Assembly (NCBI GenBank): GCA_041651035.1
Contig: JBAZKC010000002.1
Location: 269,606 to 333,605 of the forward strand
From: Candidatus Omnitrophota bacterium
GTDB taxonomy: Bacteria > Omnitrophota > Gorgyraeia > Gygaellales > Profunditerraquicolaceae
Length of the DNA: 64,000 nt
Reading direction: 5' to 3'
The notes below the pieces were generated by a model. The model did no database searches, was not told where the DNA came from, and worked only from the letters and a program-made list of their open reading frames with translations. Positions 47,024 to 61,100 of this stretch are shown in pieces (position 1 is the first letter of the stretch; every line of letters begins with the position of its first letter). The position numbers were made by a program, and so were the translations under genes.

Positions 47024-47025
47024 AG

Positions 47026-47859
47026 TTATTTCCTTCGTTTAACAATAAACTTATCCGAATAAATTCCCTTTTTTCTCGTTTTATAACCCTTGGTGGGCAT
47101 TCCCCACGGAGACACGGGATGCGGGTTACCCTGGCCTGATTTTCCTTCACCGCCGCCGTGCGGGTGATCCACGGGATTCATTGCCAGGCCTCTTACCGTC
47201 GGTCTTATGCCCAGCCAGCGTTTTCTTCCCGCCTTGCCTATACTTATAGCTTCATGCTCAATGTTACCCATCTGGCCTATCGTAGCGCGGCAATCGAGGC
47301 TTACTAATCTTACCTCTCCGGAAGGAAGCCTTATATGGGCGAACTCTCCTTCTTTAGCCATGATCTGAGCGCTGGAGCCCGCGGACCTTACGATCTGTCC
47401 GCCCTGCCCTTTATTTATTTCAACATTATGGATCATTGTGCCGGATGGAATATACCTTAAAAGCAGGCAATTGCCGGGCTTGATCTCAACTTCTTTCTGA
47501 CTCGATGAAATAATTGTATCACCGACGCCCAAGCCCAAAGGAGCCAAAATATATCTTTTCTTGCTTTCGGGGTATTCTATCAAAGATATCCTTGCTGAAC
47601 GGTTCGGGTCATACTCAATAGCTATAACTTTTCCCACGACTTCAAACAAGTCCCTTTTAAAATCAACTATACGCAACAGGCGCTTATGCCCGCCGCCTTT
47701 ATGTCTGACAGTTATGCGGCCATAAGAATTCCGTCCCCCATTCTTCTTAAGAGGAAGGATCAACGATTTTTCCGGCTCGCTTTTGGTTATTTCCGAGAAA
47801 TCAGGCCCGCTCATCCAGCGCCTGGAACTAGTTGTAGGTTTAAACTTTTTTAATCCCAT
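47026..47859 (-). CDS. rplB: 50S ribosomal protein L2
   Basis: Canonical uL2. Confidence 0.95.
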   Translation of the reverse strand: MGLKKFKPTTSSRRWMSGPDFSEITKSEPEKSLILPLKKNGGRNSYGRITVRHKGGGHKRLLRIVDFKRDLFEVVGKVIAIEYDPNRSARISLIEYPESKKRYILAPLGLGVGDTIISSSQKEVEIKPGNCLLLRYIPSGTMIHNVEINKGQGGQIVRSAGSSAQIMAKEGEFAHIRLPSGEVRLVSLDCRATIGQMGNIEHEAISIGKAGRKRWLGIRPTVRGLAMNPVDHPHGGGEGKSGQGNPHPVSPWGMPTKGYKTRKKGIYSDKFIVKRRK

Positions 47860-47869
47860 TTTGATTATC

Positions 47870-48148
47870 CTATGTTGCTGTCTCTATTTTTTGCCCTTCT
47901 TTTAGCGTGACTACCGCCTTCTTAAGGTCCGGGGTCTTTCCTAACTGATATCTGACCCTTTTTAATTTCCCAGCCGAAGTAAAGGTATTTACGTTCTTTA
48001 CTTTTACTTTATATAACTGTTCTACCGCGCTCTTTATCTGGATCTTATTCGCGCCTATCCTAACCAGAAACAGATATTTGCCTTGCGGCTCATATTGAGT
48101 CGCTTTTTCCGTGCGTATTAAGGCTTTAATTATTTCGGCGGCGATCAT
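47870..48148 (-). CDS. rplW: 50S ribosomal protein L23
   Basis: Canonical uL23. Confidence 0.9.
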   Translation of the reverse strand: MIAAEIIKALIRTEKATQYEPQGKYLFLVRIGANKIQIKSAVEQLYKVKVKNVNTFTSAGKLKRVRYQLGKTPDLKKAVVTLKEGQKIETAT

Positions 48149-48855
48149 TTCTTCACCTCATCAGGAACCTTGTTCTTTACCGCCGGAGATTTAGTATTCT
48201 TGGCGGGGCCAAACCTATTCAAAAGGCTCTTTAATCCATCTTTGGTAATGATCAGCTTCTGGTGGCTCATCACTTCATAGGCATGGGCGCTGGAAGCAAG
48301 ATCGACGCTTAAGAAATTAATATTGCGTATGGCCATCTTTAAATTCTCATCCACCTTGTCCAACAGCAACAGGGATTTATTGGATTTTGAGCCCTTGACT
48401 GGCACTATCTTTAAATTGGAAAGTATCGCGGCCACTTCTTTCGTCTTGGGTTCTTTTAAGGATATCTTATCCAGAACGATCAGATGATTTTCCCCAACCT
48501 TGATATTAAGGCTGGATTTTAACGCCAAGGCCTTTAATTTAGCCGGGATTGGGTAAGAGAAATCCCTGGGATGCGGCCCGAATACTACGCCGCCGTGGCG
48601 CCATAGGGGAGAACGGGTAGAACCAACTCTGGCGCGGCCGGTCCCTTTCTGTTTCCACGGCTTCTTGCCGCCGCCTGATACTTCTCCTCTGGTCTTGGTA
48701 GCTGCCAGGCCTTTTCTTTGATTAGCCCTGTAGGCGTTAATTACCTGGTGTATAACGGCGGTATTAACGTCGCCGTCAAAAACCGAGGTGTTCAGTTTAA
48801 TACTATCTACTTCTTTCCCTTCTGTATTATATATAGGTAAGGTTATAGCTTCCAT
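48145..48855 (-). CDS. rplD: 50S ribosomal protein L4 (Lys/Pro-rich C-terminal tail)
   Basis: Canonical uL4 plus the tail [20 protein letters not shown]. Confidence 0.95.
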   Translation of the reverse strand: MEAITLPIYNTEGKEVDSIKLNTSVFDGDVNTAVIHQVINAYRANQRKGLAATKTRGEVSGGGKKPWKQKGTGRARVGSTRSPLWRHGGVVFGPHPRDFSYPIPAKLKALALKSSLNIKVGENHLIVLDKISLKEPKTKEVAAILSNLKIVPVKGSKSNKSLLLLDKVDENLKMAIRNINFLSVDLASSAHAYEVMSHQKLIITKDGLKSLLNRFGPAKNTKSPAVKNKVPDEVKK

Positions 48856-49505
48856 TATTTAGTTTTCGCGTTTTTCTTTTTAGCTTTTTTTATGATCAAA
48901 TAACTATTCTTATGCCCGGGGACAGCTCCTCTTACCAGCAACAGGTTAGTTGAAGGGTCTGCCTTTATTACCAGAAGATTTTGTAAAGTCGTCTGCTTTA
49001 CTCCCATATGGCCGGGCAGATGATGCCCTTTCCAAACTCTGCCGGGGGTGGTGCTTGAACCGAGGGACCCGATACGGCGGTGAGACATCGAACCGTGTGT
49101 TTGCGGCCCGCCATGCCAATGCCAACGTTTCACCCCGCCCTGAAAACCCTTGCCTATAGATACGCCCGTGATATCCACAAAATCTCCGGGCTTAAATAAA
49201 TCCGCCTTCAACTCTTCCCCGACCTTATATTCTTTCGCAGGCTCCCTTAGCAATTCCCTGATCACCTTGCAGGGAGCAATATTTATTTTCTTAAAAAAGC
49301 CCAGTAACGGTTTCTTCAAACGGCTCTCTTTTTTAACCAGGTCAAATCCTACCTGTATGCTTTTTTCCTTTACCGCCAATACCGGGCAGGGGCCTGCTTC
49401 AATAGCGGTAACCTGGACCAGCTCCCCATCCTCACGAAAGACCTGGGTCATGCCGATCTTCTTGCCTAATATGCCTTTTAAACCCAACTTTACTACCTGG
49501 TTCAT
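48855..49505 (-). CDS. rplC: 50S ribosomal protein L3
   Basis: Canonical uL3. Confidence 0.95.
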   Translation of the reverse strand: MNQVVKLGLKGILGKKIGMTQVFREDGELVQVTAIEAGPCPVLAVKEKSIQVGFDLVKKESRLKKPLLGFFKKINIAPCKVIRELLREPAKEYKVGEELKADLFKPGDFVDITGVSIGKGFQGGVKRWHWHGGPQTHGSMSHRRIGSLGSSTTPGRVWKGHHLPGHMGVKQTTLQNLLVIKADPSTNLLLVRGAVPGHKNSYLIIKKAKKKNAKTK

Positions 49506-49801
49506 CTTATCTCCACATCCACGCCCGAAGGCAGGTTCAGCTTCCTTAATGAGTCTATCGTCTTGGAAGTAGGCTCAAATATATCGATAAGGCGTTTATG
49601 CGTGGATAACTCAAACTGCTCACGCGACTTCTTATCAATAACCGGAGAGCGCAGCACCGTGTAAATCTCCCTCTTAGTAGGTAAGGGCACTGGCCCGGAT
49701 ATCTTTGCTCCGGTGCGCCTGGCGGTCTCTACAATTTCTCCTACCGCCTGGTCCAGCAGGCGATGGTCATAAGCTTTTAGTTTTATGCGTATCTTTTGCA
49801 T
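49502..49801 (-). CDS. rpsJ: 30S ribosomal protein S10
   Basis: Canonical uS10. Confidence 0.95.
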   Translation of the reverse strand: MQKIRIKLKAYDHRLLDQAVGEIVETARRTGAKISGPVPLPTKREIYTVLRSPVIDKKSREQFELSTHKRLIDIFEPTSKTIDSLRKLNLPSGVDVEIR

Positions 49802-49885
49802 GTTTTATTCTCGTGTCCCCGCGCTCCCGAGTTCCCGTGTCCGCATTGGCGAACCCAAGAACTCGAGAACCCAAGAACTAGTTTT
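49802..49885 (-). promoter_or_regulatory. tuf-rpsJ spacer (84 nt) carrying a tandem 16-nt-period direct repeat (GAACCCAAGAACT twice) and a second direct repeat (CGTGTCC twice); candidate S10-operon leader or attenuator
   Basis: Read directly. GAACCCAAGAACT is at 49851-49863 and 49867-49879. CGTGTCC is at 49812-49818 and 49836-49842. This is the only spacer longer than 40 nt in the 30-kb ribosomal cluster. Confidence 0.4.
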
Positions 49886-51088
49886 TTAAGCAATTACCTC
49901 TGTGATAACCCCGGCGCCTACAGTGTGTCCGCCTTCACGTATCGCGAAGCGGGATTCCTTTTCCATAGCAACGGGTATGATTAACTCTATTTCCAAGTCG
50001 ACGTTGTCACCGGGCATGACCATTTCTGCTCCCTGAGGGAGAGTAACGGATCCGGTTACATCTGTGGTGCGAAAATAGAACTGCGGCCTATAACCCTTAA
50101 AGAACGGGGTATGCCTTCCGCCTTCTTCTTTGCTTAAGATATAAACTTTGGCCTTGAACTTGGTATGCGGCGTGATAGACTTAGGCGCCGCTATAACCAT
50201 ACCGCGCTCTATATCTCCTTTTTCCACGCCCCTTAAAAGCAGGCCTACGTTATCTCCGGCCTGGCCTTCTTCCAGAAGCTTTCTGAACATTTCTATTCCT
50301 GTAACTACCGTCTTCTTTACCTCTGGCCTTAAACCAACTAATTCTACTTCTTCTCCTATTTTAACCTTTCCACGCTCTATCCTTCCGGTACCTACGGTTC
50401 CTCTACCTTCAATGCTGAAAACATCTTCTACCGCCATAAGGAAAGGCTTATCGAGCTCTCTTACAGGAATAGGAATAAACTCATCTACCGCCTTCATCAG
50501 GTCTAATATCGGCTTCGCCTCAGCGCTGTTAGGATCGGTTGTCGTCAATGCCTTCGAAGCACTCCCGCGGATGATAGGAGTTTTATCTCCCGGATATCCG
50601 TATTTTGTCAACAACTCCCTGACTTCCATTTCCACCAGATCCAGAAGTTCCGCGTCAGTTACCAGGTCAACCTTATTCAGGAAAACCACCATCGAAGGAA
50701 CGTTAACCTGCCTGGCTAAAAGAATATGCTCTCTGGTCTGAGGCATAGGGCCGTCAGCCGCGGATACCACCAGTATCGCCCCGTCCATCTGGGCCGCTCC
50801 GGTGATCATATTCTTGATATAGTCAGCATGGCCCGGGCAATCTATATGGGCATAATGGCGTATATCTGTTTCGTATTCAACGTGCGCTACCGAAATAGTA
50901 ACAACCTTTGTTTCGTCTCTTACTGTCCCGCCCTTGGCGATATCAGCGTATTCCCTTGCCTGCGCTTTGCCTAATTTCGACAAAACGTTAGTAATGGCCG
51001 CGGTCAACGTAGTCTTACCATGGTCAATGTGGCCGATGGTCCCGATATTAACGTGTGGTTTACTTCTTACAAATTTTTCTTTAGCCAT
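49886..51088 (-). CDS. tuf: Elongation factor Tu
   Basis: Full-length EF-Tu with the GHVDHGKTTL P-loop. Confidence 0.97.
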   Translation of the reverse strand: MAKEKFVRSKPHVNIGTIGHIDHGKTTLTAAITNVLSKLGKAQAREYADIAKGGTVRDETKVVTISVAHVEYETDIRHYAHIDCPGHADYIKNMITGAAQMDGAILVVSAADGPMPQTREHILLARQVNVPSMVVFLNKVDLVTDAELLDLVEMEVRELLTKYGYPGDKTPIIRGSASKALTTTDPNSAEAKPILDLMKAVDEFIPIPVRELDKPFLMAVEDVFSIEGRGTVGTGRIERGKVKIGEEVELVGLRPEVKKTVVTGIEMFRKLLEEGQAGDNVGLLLRGVEKGDIERGMVIAAPKSITPHTKFKAKVYILSKEEGGRHTPFFKGYRPQFYFRTTDVTGSVTLPQGAEMVMPGDNVDLEIELIIPVAMEKESRFAIREGGHTVGAGVITEVIA

Positions 51089-51106
51089 TTTTAAACACCT
51101 CCGTTT

Positions 51107-53209
51107 TTAGTTTCTCCCTACCCTTTTATTTCCTGAAGTTGAAAACCCGGCAATTATTTTTTCCGCTATATGTGCAGGCACCTCTGAGTAAAAAGAGGGC
51201 TCCATTGTATAGGATGCGCGCCCTTGTGTCAAGGATCTTATTACAGTAGCGTAATTAAATATTTCTGCCAGCGGCACGTTGGCCCTGATAGTGCGCAAGT
51301 TTAAACGCTGCGCCAAAGAAACAATCCTGCCCCTGCGTGAACTCAAATCGCCGATGACCTGTCCCATGAATTCCTCCGGCACTACTACTTCCATATCCAT
51401 GATCGGCTCAAGTAATATAGGCCCTGCTTTTCTAATGCCTTCGTTAAAGGCGATGGACCCTGCCATTTTAAAAGCCAATTCCGAAGAATCAACATCATGG
51501 TATGACCCGTCGACTAAAACTGTCCTTACGTCGGTAACGGGATAGCCTGCCAGCACTCCGCTTTTAGCGGCCCCGATGATACCTTCTTTTACCGCGGGGA
51601 TATATTCACGCGGGATAGCCCCGCTTTTTATTTTATCTTCGAAAGTAATGCCCGTCCCCGGAGCTTCCTGCGGTTCCATTTCCAAAACCACATGGCCGTA
51701 TTGGCCTCGCCCGCCGCTCTGCGAAATAAATTTCCCCACCACATTGGTTTTCTTGGTAATGGTTTCCCGGTAAGCTACTTCCGGCACACCTACCTGCGCC
51801 TCAACATTAAATTCACGCAGTATACGGTCTATGATAATTTCCAGGTGCAGCTGCCCCATACCCGCGATAAGGGTCTGGCCTGTTTCCTGGTTGTAAATAA
51901 CCTTAAAAGAAGGATCTTCATCTTCAAGCCTGTGTAAGGCGAACCCGAGTTTTTCCTGGGCGTCTTTTGATTTAGGCTCAATCGACTGCTGTATTACAGG
52001 ATCCGGAAAACGCATCGCTTCAATAAGTATATGATTTTTCTCAAGGCAGAGAGTATCGCCGGTCTTAGTCTCTTTTAAGCCTACCGCGGCCGCGATGTCG
52101 CCCGTAGAAACGCTATCCACGACTTCCTGCCTGTTAGCATGCATCTTAACTATTTTAGTTACGCGCTCACGCTCTCTTTTAGAAGCGTTATAAATATAGG
52201 CGCCTGAATTTAATACCCCTGAATACACCCGGATATAGTAAATCTTGCCCACGAACGGATCGTTGGCAACTTTAAAACATAACGCGCAGAATGGCGCCTC
52301 GTCAGAAGCCTTGATCTCCTCGAAAAAGCCGGTCTCCGGATTAGTCCCTTTTATGGGGGGCAGATCTATAGGAGAAGGAAGATAATCACAGACGGCATCC
52401 AAAAGCATCTGGACACCCTTATTCTTAAACGCCGTCCCCAAAAGTACGGGAACAAATTTATTGGCAATAGTGCTTCTCCTGATAGCGTCTTTTATTTCCT
52501 GCGCGGGTATCTCTTTGCCATGGAGGTAATCTTCCATGATCTTATCATCCACTTCCGCTAATTTCTCTACCAGGATAGCGCGGTATTTTTCCATTTCAGG
52601 CACCATTTCCGCCGGTACCTGGGTATCCTCAAAATCCTTGCCCAGGTCATCCTTATGTAAACGCATCCTTCTCTCGATGATATCGACAAGGCCCTTGAAT
52701 TCCAATTCAGTCCCGTAAGGAAGCTGTATCGCTGCGGCATTTGCTCCCAGGCGCTTATGCATCTGGTCTATTACCTCAAAGAAGTTGCTTCCTACGCGGT
52801 CCATCTTATTAACGAAAGCGATCCTGGGGACACCGTAACGGTCCGCCTGGCGCCAGACGGTTTCAGACTGGGGCTCTACCCCGCCCACCCCGCAGAAAAC
52901 GACTACCGCCCCGTCAAGGACCTTTAAGGACCTCTCTACTTCAATTGTAAAATCAACATGGCCGGGAGTATCTATAATATTTATGGTGAACTCATTCCAT
53001 TTGCACGTCGTGCAGGCGGATGTTATGGTAATGCCTCTTTCCTGCTCCTGGACCATCCAATCCATGGTAGCGGTCCCTTCATGCACCTCGCCAAGTTTAT
53101 AGGTCTTGCCGGTATAATAAAGGATGCGTTCGCTGGTAGTGGTCTTACCCGCGTCTATATGGGCGATGATCCCGATGTTCCTTAATTTCTCTAATGCTAT
53201 TTTCTTCAT
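51107..53209 (-). CDS. fusA: Elongation factor G
   Basis: Full-length EF-G (AHIDAGKTT). Confidence 0.97.
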   Translation of the reverse strand: MKKIALEKLRNIGIIAHIDAGKTTTSERILYYTGKTYKLGEVHEGTATMDWMVQEQERGITITSACTTCKWNEFTINIIDTPGHVDFTIEVERSLKVLDGAVVVFCGVGGVEPQSETVWRQADRYGVPRIAFVNKMDRVGSNFFEVIDQMHKRLGANAAAIQLPYGTELEFKGLVDIIERRMRLHKDDLGKDFEDTQVPAEMVPEMEKYRAILVEKLAEVDDKIMEDYLHGKEIPAQEIKDAIRRSTIANKFVPVLLGTAFKNKGVQMLLDAVCDYLPSPIDLPPIKGTNPETGFFEEIKASDEAPFCALCFKVANDPFVGKIYYIRVYSGVLNSGAYIYNASKRERERVTKIVKMHANRQEVVDSVSTGDIAAAVGLKETKTGDTLCLEKNHILIEAMRFPDPVIQQSIEPKSKDAQEKLGFALHRLEDEDPSFKVIYNQETGQTLIAGMGQLHLEIIIDRILREFNVEAQVGVPEVAYRETITKKTNVVGKFISQSGGRGQYGHVVLEMEPQEAPGTGITFEDKIKSGAIPREYIPAVKEGIIGAAKSGVLAGYPVTDVRTVLVDGSYHDVDSSELAFKMAGSIAFNEGIRKAGPILLEPIMDMEVVVPEEFMGQVIGDLSSRRGRIVSLAQRLNLRTIRANVPLAEIFNYATVIRSLTQGRASYTMEPSFYSEVPAHIAEKIIAGFSTSGNKRVGRN

Positions 53210-53219
53210 GATGCTCCAT

Positions 53220-53690
53220 TTACCATCTGAAATGCGCGAAGGCTTTATTTGATTCGGCCATCTTATGGGTATCGTCCCTCTTTTTTATGGCTAAGCCTTC
53301 CCCTTTGTAAGCCGCGACAATTTCTTCCGCCAGCTTTTCTTTCATAGATCTTCCTTTTTTGGATTTGGCGTAATCCCTTACCCAGCGTAACGCGATAGAC
53401 GTGCCGCGTTCCTGGCGCACCTCTATGGGGACCTGATAAGTAGCTCCGCCCACACGCCGGGGTTTTACTTCTAATCTGGGCCTGGCGTTATCCAGCGCCT
53501 TATGAAATACTTTTATGATATCCGGCTCATTGAGCTGTTTCTTTATTATCTCAAAGGCGCCGTAGACCATCTTTTCTGCCAGTGACTTCTTGCCTTCTTC
53601 CATCACCATATTTATGAACTTAGCTACGATCTTACTGTTAAATTTTGGATCCGGTAAAATCTCTTTTTCCTGGGCTCTTCTTCTTCTCAT
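53220..53690 (-). CDS. rpsG: 30S ribosomal protein S7
   Basis: Canonical uS7. Confidence 0.95.
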   Translation of the reverse strand: MRRRRAQEKEILPDPKFNSKIVAKFINMVMEEGKKSLAEKMVYGAFEIIKKQLNEPDIIKVFHKALDNARPRLEVKPRRVGGATYQVPIEVRQERGTSIALRWVRDYAKSKKGRSMKEKLAEEIVAAYKGEGLAIKKRDDTHKMAESNKAFAHFRW

Positions 53691-53722
53691 CCTCTAACTT
53701 GCTCCTTGAATAGTTAAATACG

Positions 53723-54106
53723 TTACTTAGCCGTCGGCTTAGTCAGTTTCGCTCCATACTTAGAGTGGGATTTCTTACGCTGGTTAACACCAGAGGCGTC
53801 CAACGTCCCTCTTACGATATGGTATCTAACACCCGGTAAGTCCTTTACGCGCCCGCCCCTGACTAAGACTATAGAGTGTTCCTGTAGGTTATGCCCTTCG
53901 CCCGGTATATAAGCGGTAACTTCTATGCCTGTGGTTAACCGGACCCTGGCGATCTTTCTTAGCGCGGAATTAGGTTTCTTGGGCGTCATGGTACGGACCT
54001 GCAGACAAACTCCTCTTCTCTGGGGGCATGCCTTCAAAGCCGGAGACTTTGTCTTTTTATTCTTAGATGCCCTGCCGTGCCTGATCAATTGTGAAATAGT
54101 CAGCAT
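53723..54106 (-). CDS. rpsL: 30S ribosomal protein S12
   Basis: Canonical uS12 (PNSALRK...). Confidence 0.95.
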   Translation of the reverse strand: MLTISQLIRHGRASKNKKTKSPALKACPQRRGVCLQVRTMTPKKPNSALRKIARVRLTTGIEVTAYIPGEGHNLQEHSIVLVRGGRVKDLPGVRYHIVRGTLDASGVNQRKKSHSKYGAKLTKPTAK

Positions 54107-54109
54107 TTT

Positions 54110-57100
54110 TTATTCCTTTATATTTGCCTTGTCTTCTTTGGCGGTCTTAACTACTTCGATATTCAGATGATCACGGAAACCGGTACCCGCGGGGATAAGG
54201 TGGCCGACAATGACATTTTCCTTCAATCCGAACAATTCATCGCGTTTGCCTGAAGTTGCCGCCTCAGTAAGGACCCGCGTTGTTTCCTGGAAACTTGCTG
54301 CCGAAATAAAACTTTCTGTAGTCAAAGACGCTTTGGTAATACCTAACAATAAAGGCGTAGCCTGCGCGGGTTTGCCGTCCTTTTTGATCACGCGGGCGTT
54401 CTCTTTCTGGAAAACCCATTTATCTACCTGCTGCGTGGCCAGAAATTCCGTATCACCGGGGTCTTCAATCTTTACCTTCTTTAACATCTGCCTGATGATC
54501 ACCTCGATATGTTTATCATTTATACGCACGCCCTGAAGACGGTAAACTTCCTGGACCTCATTAACCAAATATTCCTGCAGCGCCTTATCTCCGCAGACCC
54601 TCAAGATATCCTGTAATACTACCGGCCCGTCGGTTAACTGCTGGCCGGCGGCGACCTTGTCCCCTTTATAGACATTGGGGTGTTTCCCGTGAGGTATCAT
54701 ATACTCTATCTGCATACCTGTAGGAGACTTGACAATGATCACGCGCTGGTCTTTTTTGGATTCGCCGAATTCCACAAAACCGTCGATCTCACTGATCACC
54801 GCCGGATCCTTCGGGCGCCTGACCTCAAATAATTCCGCGACCCTGGGGAGGCCTCCGGTGATATCCCTGGTTTTAACTACCAAGCGGGGTATTTTAGCCA
54901 GAAGATCACCCGCGTCCATTTTTTGGCCGTCTTTTACCAGAATATGCGCGCCTATGGGGATAGGATAAATGCCCATCACTTCTTTATCTTCATTTAAGAT
55001 CAATATCTGCGGATGGTATTCCTGTTTATGTTCAACCACGACACGTTCAGTTAATTTCGTGACCGGGTTTAATTCTTCTCTGACAGTAATATTCTCTCTT
55101 AAGTCTTCAAATTTTACATGACCCTTGACTTCTGTCAAGACCGGAGAGGTGTATGGATCCCAGCGCACAAAAGCGACTCCCTTAGCCACATCTTCTCCGT
55201 CGCCAATGCTCAAGAATGACCCCTGCTGAATGGTATAACGCTCAAGTTCCCGCCCCTGTTTATCATTTACGCTTACAGAGCCGTTCCTGTTTAAAACGAT
55301 GAATTCTTTATTTTTAGAAGCAACTCTTAAGCTATGGTATTTAACTATACCCTTATTTTTTGATTTTATAAGCGACTGCTCAACGATCCTGGAAGCGGTA
55401 CCGCCGATATGGAAAGTCCTCATGGTAAGCTGAGTGCCCGGCTCGCCGATACTCTGGGCGGCTATTACTCCCACCGTTTCCCCAAGTTCAACCAGCCTGC
55501 TGGTAGCCAGATTCCTGCCGTAGCACTTAGTGCAGACACCTTTACCTGATTCACAGGTCAATACGCTGCGGATACGTATTTTTTCGATCCCCAATTTCTC
55601 GATCATATCCGCTTTCTCTTCGGTGATCTCGCTTCCCGCTTCCACGATAACATGATCTGTGACGATATCCACGGTATTATCCATGGCTACCCTTCCTACG
55701 ATACGGTCTTTTAAGCTTACCACAGTTTCGTCGCCTTCGATGATCGCCGAAACCGTAATGCCGTTTAAGGTGCCGCAGTCATCCTCGCAGATGATAACTT
55801 CCTGCGCGACATCTACGAGCCTGCGCGTAAGGTATCCCGCGTCGGCAGTCTTTAAGGCGGTATCAGCCAAACCTTTACGCGCCCCGTGCGTAGATATAAA
55901 ATATTCCAAAACATTCAACCCTTCCCTGAAATTAGCGGTAATAGGGCTTTCAATGATCTCTCCTGAGGGCTTTGCCATTAAACCGCGCATGCCCGCCAAC
56001 TGCCTGACCTGCAACCTTGAGCCTCTAGCACCGGAATCGGCCATCATAAATATAGGATTAAAAGCATCCATGCCCTTAAACAATAAATCTGAGATCTTAT
56101 CGGTAGCATGCGTCCAAATGTCAATGACCTTGGATTTGCGCTCGCTTTCCGTTATTATACCCCGGCGATATTGATCTTCAACCTTAGCCACTTCCTCACG
56201 GGAATCTTTTAAAACTTCCTGCTTCTCTTTAGGTATCTGCAGGTCATCTATGCCGATAGAGATCCCGCCTAAGGTCCCCATCTCAAAACCCAGTTTTTTA
56301 AGGTCATCCAGCAGTGTAATAGTAGCGGTATGCCCGAATCTTTTATAGCACTCAACCACCAGATCGCCTACAAGGGTCTTATTTAATTCTCTGTTCACAA
56401 AACCAAACCCTCCAGGCAGGGACTGGTTAAATAATACCCTGCCTACGGTAGTGACGATAATCTGTTTTCCTGGTGTGAACTTCTTCTCCTCCAGGTCAAA
56501 AATACCTTCTACCTTCAATTTTATTCTATCATGAAGAACGATTACCCTGTCTTCATAAGCGATAGAAACTTCTTCGCTATTGGCAAAAACACTGCTTTCT
56601 TTCTTCGCGTCAGCCTTGTCTTTGGTGATATATGAAATACCTAAGATAATATCCTGCGTGGGAGTATTTATCGGCCTTCCGTCTGCAGAAGAAAATATAT
56701 TGTTCGTGGAAAGCATGAGGACCTTGGCCTCAAGCTGCGATTCTAAAGATAAAGGCACGTGCACTGCCATTTGATCTCCGTCGAAATCAGCGTTAAAGGC
56801 GGTACACACCAAGGGATGTATTTTTATGGATTTTCCTTCTATCAAAACGGGTTGGAACGCCTGGATACCTAAACGATGCAGGGTGGGCGCGCGGTTTAAA
56901 AGGACCGGATGGTCTTTGATCACCTCGTCTAAAATATCCCACACCTCGATCTTGCCTCGCTCTACCATCCTCCGGGCGCCTTTTATGGTATGCACGAAAC
57001 CTTTTTCTCTGAGCTTCTTTATGATGAAAGGCTCAAATAATTCCAGGGCCATCTGCTTGGGAAGCCCGCATTCATGAAGCTTGAGCTCCGGGCCTACCAC

Positions 57101-58135
57101 GATCACCGAACGGCCGGAATAATCCACGCGCTTACCCAGGAGATTCTGCCTGAACCTGCCTTGCTTACCCTTAAGCATATCGGAAAGAGACTTTAAGGGG
57201 CGGCTGTTGGCGCCAAGCACGGGTTTGCCGTGCCTGCCATTATCCAGAAGCGCGTCTACTGCCTCCTGGAGCATCCGCTTTTCGTTACGGATAATTATCT
57301 CCGGGGCACTTAACTCCATAAGTTTTCTTAAACGGTTGTTACGATTAATAACCCGGCGGTACAGGTCATTTAAGTCCGACGTGGCAAACCTGCCGCCGTC
57401 TAACGGGACTAAAGGCCTTAGGTCCGGCGGGATAACGGGCAACATCTCTAAGATCATCCACTCGGGGTTATTGCCGGATTTTTTGAAATCCTCCACGACT
57501 TTTAATGATTTAAGTACCTTACGGTTATTTAGTACGTCTTTGGACTTTTCTAAGTCGCGGCGCAATTTACGGCACTGGGCATCTAAATCCATGCCTTTTA
57601 ACAGGTCCCTTACTGCCTCAGCACCGATCTTTGCCTTGAAATTCGTAGAGTACTTCTCTAAAGCCTCCTGATATTTTTCTTCACTTAAGAGTTCTTTTTT
57701 CTTTAGAGGAGTTGTCCCCGGGTCAACCACGACATATTCCTCGTAATAAATTATTTTTTCCAGGTCCCTTAAGCTTATATCCAATAAAGCGGACATGCGG
57801 CTGGGCACGGCTTTGAAGAACCAGATATGCGTAACCGGTGTCGCTAATTCGATATGACCCATGCGTTCCCGCCTTACCGCGGAACGGTCTATAGTTACTC
57901 CGCAGCGGTCACAGGTAATACCCTTAAACTTTATGCCTTTGTATTTACCGCAATTACATTCCCAATCACGCACAGGGCCGAAGATCTTCTCGCAGAATAA
58001 ACCATCCTTCTCAGGCTTAAGCGTGCGGTAATTAATGGTCTCAGCCTTCCTTACCTCTCCTTTTGACCAGGATTTTATGATCTGCGGCGAGGCGATCTTT
58101 ATAGTTATATTATCAAAAGCAATAATTTCTTCCAT
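54110..58135 (-). CDS. rpoC: DNA-directed RNA polymerase beta' subunit
   Basis: 1341 aa, with the NADFDGD catalytic motif and a Zn-finger cysteine cluster. Confidence 0.97.
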   Translation of the reverse strand: MEEIIAFDNITIKIASPQIIKSWSKGEVRKAETINYRTLKPEKDGLFCEKIFGPVRDWECNCGKYKGIKFKGITCDRCGVTIDRSAVRRERMGHIELATPVTHIWFFKAVPSRMSALLDISLRDLEKIIYYEEYVVVDPGTTPLKKKELLSEEKYQEALEKYSTNFKAKIGAEAVRDLLKGMDLDAQCRKLRRDLEKSKDVLNNRKVLKSLKVVEDFKKSGNNPEWMILEMLPVIPPDLRPLVPLDGGRFATSDLNDLYRRVINRNNRLRKLMELSAPEIIIRNEKRMLQEAVDALLDNGRHGKPVLGANSRPLKSLSDMLKGKQGRFRQNLLGKRVDYSGRSVIVVGPELKLHECGLPKQMALELFEPFIIKKLREKGFVHTIKGARRMVERGKIEVWDILDEVIKDHPVLLNRAPTLHRLGIQAFQPVLIEGKSIKIHPLVCTAFNADFDGDQMAVHVPLSLESQLEAKVLMLSTNNIFSSADGRPINTPTQDIILGISYITKDKADAKKESSVFANSEEVSIAYEDRVIVLHDRIKLKVEGIFDLEEKKFTPGKQIIVTTVGRVLFNQSLPGGFGFVNRELNKTLVGDLVVECYKRFGHTATITLLDDLKKLGFEMGTLGGISIGIDDLQIPKEKQEVLKDSREEVAKVEDQYRRGIITESERKSKVIDIWTHATDKISDLLFKGMDAFNPIFMMADSGARGSRLQVRQLAGMRGLMAKPSGEIIESPITANFREGLNVLEYFISTHGARKGLADTALKTADAGYLTRRLVDVAQEVIICEDDCGTLNGITVSAIIEGDETVVSLKDRIVGRVAMDNTVDIVTDHVIVEAGSEITEEKADMIEKLGIEKIRIRSVLTCESGKGVCTKCYGRNLATSRLVELGETVGVIAAQSIGEPGTQLTMRTFHIGGTASRIVEQSLIKSKNKGIVKYHSLRVASKNKEFIVLNRNGSVSVNDKQGRELERYTIQQGSFLSIGDGEDVAKGVAFVRWDPYTSPVLTEVKGHVKFEDLRENITVREELNPVTKLTERVVVEHKQEYHPQILILNEDKEVMGIYPIPIGAHILVKDGQKMDAGDLLAKIPRLVVKTRDITGGLPRVAELFEVRRPKDPAVISEIDGFVEFGESKKDQRVIIVKSPTGMQIEYMIPHGKHPNVYKGDKVAAGQQLTDGPVVLQDILRVCGDKALQEYLVNEVQEVYRLQGVRINDKHIEVIIRQMLKKVKIEDPGDTEFLATQQVDKWVFQKENARVIKKDGKPAQATPLLLGITKASLTTESFISAASFQETTRVLTEAATSGKRDELFGLKENVIVGHLIPAGTGFRDHLNIEVVKTAKEDKANIKE

Positions 58136-58146
58136 TTTTAGTGCCC

Positions 58147-61100
58147 CTATTTTGTTTTTTCTGTGCGGATATCCAAACCTAAGCCTTGCAACTCTTTTAT
58201 TAAAACATTGAACGATTCAGGCGTGCCATGCGTCAGCCTCTGCTCCCCCTTAACTATAGCTTCGTATATGCGCGTCCTGCCCGATACATCATCGCTCTTT
58301 ACCGTAAGCATCTCCTGTAAAGTAAACGCTGCTCCATAAGCCTCTAATGCCCAGACTTCCATTTCTCCTAACCTCTGGCCTCCAAACTGGGCCTTTCCGC
58401 CTAATGGCTGCTGCGTAACCAGAGAATAGGGCCCTATGGAACGGGCATGGATCTTCTCATCCACAAGATGGATCAGCTTCATTATATACATGTAACCTAC
58501 GGTTACCTTATGGTCAAAAGGCTCTCCGGTATAACCATCGCGAAGAGTGATCTTTCCATCCTCAGGAAGCCCCGCCTTCTTAAGCATCTCTTTGATCTCG
58601 CTCTCTTTAGCTCCGTCGAAAATAGGGCAGCCGACGTGCAGGCCTAAGGCCTTGGTCGCCCAGCCAAGATGAGCCTCTAAGATCTGGCCTATATTCATAC
58701 GAGAAGGCACGCCTAAGGGGTTCAACACGATCTCAATGGGTGTTCCATCCGGTAAATAAGGCATACTCTCTTCGGGTAATATCTTAGCCACCACACCTTT
58801 GTTCCCGTGCCTTCCGGCTAATTTATCGCCTTCCGAAAGCTTGCGTTTTGTAGCGATATACACTACCACTCTTTTTAATACGCCGGCCGGCAGGTCATCG
58901 CCGCGCCTGACCTTCTCGATCTCCTGCTCTTCTTCAGCGATCAATTCCTGGACCTGCTCATCAAAAGAGGCAGCCAGTATCTTCGCTTCTTCGTTATCGC
59001 TAAAGTCCAGCTTTTCTATTTTTTTCTTATCCACTTTTAACAGCTGGGCCAAAGCCACTGTTTTCTCTGTCTGCACAAATTCTACTTCCTGTTTATAGTA
59101 AGCTTTCAATTCCCGGATCTTGGCCAGTTCTTTTGTTTTTTCCTCTTTGGATTTTCTGCCGCGGTCCTTACGGGAAAATACATGCACGTCTATTACCACG
59201 CCTTCTACTCCCGGCGGAGCGATCATGGACGTATCCCGCACATCTCCGGCTTTTTCGCCGAATATCGCCCGCAGGAGCCTTTCTTCCGGAGAAGGCTCTG
59301 AATCTGTCTTAGGGGTGATCTTACCGACCAGTATATCTCCCGGCCCGACTTCCGCGCCAATACGGACGACGCCTGTCTCATCTAAGTTCCTTAAGGCCTC
59401 TTCGCTTACGTTAGGAATATCCCTGGTTATTTCTTCGTTACCCAGCCGGGTTTCCACTGCTTCCAGCTCAAATTCTTTTATATGTATAGAGGTAAAGGCG
59501 TCTTCTTTTGCCAACTTCTCGCTGACCAGTATCGCGTCTTCAAAATTATAACCGCGCCAGAGCATAAAAGCGCATAATACATTCCTTCCTAAGGCTAACT
59601 CCCCGTTCTTGGTGCTTATGCCATCGGCAATGATCTCGCCTTTCTCGATATGCTGGCCAAGCTTAACCAAGGGCCTCTGATTTAAGCAGGTATCCGCGTT
59701 TGTGCGCAGGAATTTCTTGAGGTGATAAATATTCTTGCCAACGGTAATCGCGGATGTATCCACGCTGGTCACTTTTCCGGAATCCTGAGATACTACTACC
59801 GTCCCGGAGTCACGGGCAACCTTTTCTTCCATGAGAGTCCCGATAAGGGGCGGTTCGGTGATCATCAAAGGCACTGCCTGCCTCTGCATGTTTGAACCCA
59901 TAAGCGCGCGGTTAGCGTCATCATGCTCTAAGAACGGAATTAAGGAAGCCGCGACTGAAACTAATTGTTTAGGGGAAACATCCATATACTGGACCTGCTT
60001 GGCGGGAACCTTGGGAAAATCAGCTTTATAACGGCAGGAAACTTCACGCTCTACAAAATACCCATTCTCATCTAAAGGAACGTTAGCCTGGGCGATAATT
60101 TTGTCTTCTTCAATATCAGCGGTCAAATATTCTATCTTTTTGGTAGCCCGGCCGTCTTCTACTTTCCTGTAAGGAGTTTCTAACAACCCCAGAGGATTTA
60201 CTCTGGCATAAGAACTTAATGAAGCGATAAGCCCGATATTCGGGCCTTCAGGAGTTTCAATAGGGCAAACCCTGCCATAGTGAGAAGGATGAATATCCCT
60301 GACCTCAAAACCCGCACGTTCGCGGGATAAACCGCCGGGCCCTAAGGCGCTTAACCTTCTTTTGTGGGTCATCTCAGCCAGAGGGTTAACCTGGTCCATA
60401 AACTGGGAGAGCTGGCTGCGCCCGAAGAAATCACGTATCTGATTGGATAATAACTTTGAATTTATAAGGTAGTGTACATTAAGGGTGTCAAATTCGCCTA
60501 ATATGCTTAATCTCTCTCTTATCGAACGCTCAACACGGCTTAAGCCGATCCTTACCTGATTCTGGGCCAGTTCACCGACCGTCTTGATGCGCCGGTTCCC
60601 CAGATGGTCTATATCGTCGATCTTGCCGATACCTTCTTTAAGCTTGATCAGGTATTCTATTACCTTGATAACCGTAGCGGAATCAAGGATCCTCTTTTCC
60701 AAGGGGACATCCATACCTAACTTTCTGTTCAGGATAAACCTGCCCGCTCTTTCCAGGTCGTATCTTGCCGGGTCAAAGAATAATCTATAGAATAAGCTTT
60801 CCGCCGCTTCTTTAGTAACCGGCTCTGTCGGCCGCATCTTACGGTAAAAATCCAGATACGCCTCTTCCTTATTCTTGGTATAATCTTTTTTCAGGGTATT
60901 GGTGATTTCCGCGTATTCTTTTCCAAAAGCGGAGATAATTTCGGCATCGGTAGAAAATCCGAGAGTTCTTAATATCTGGGTAGCGGGGAAATTCCTGCGG
61001 CGGTCAACATAGACAAGGATGGTTTCTGTCAGGTCATATTTAAATTCCAGCCAGGCGCCGCGGTAGGGGATGATCCTGCCGTAAAATATCTTCTTGCCCG

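Noticed and set aside
46815-47150. Minus-strand 111-aa ORF overlapping the rpsS/rplB junction in another frame
   Set aside because: It lies entirely inside canonical S19 and L2 coding sequence. It is an alternative-frame artefact.
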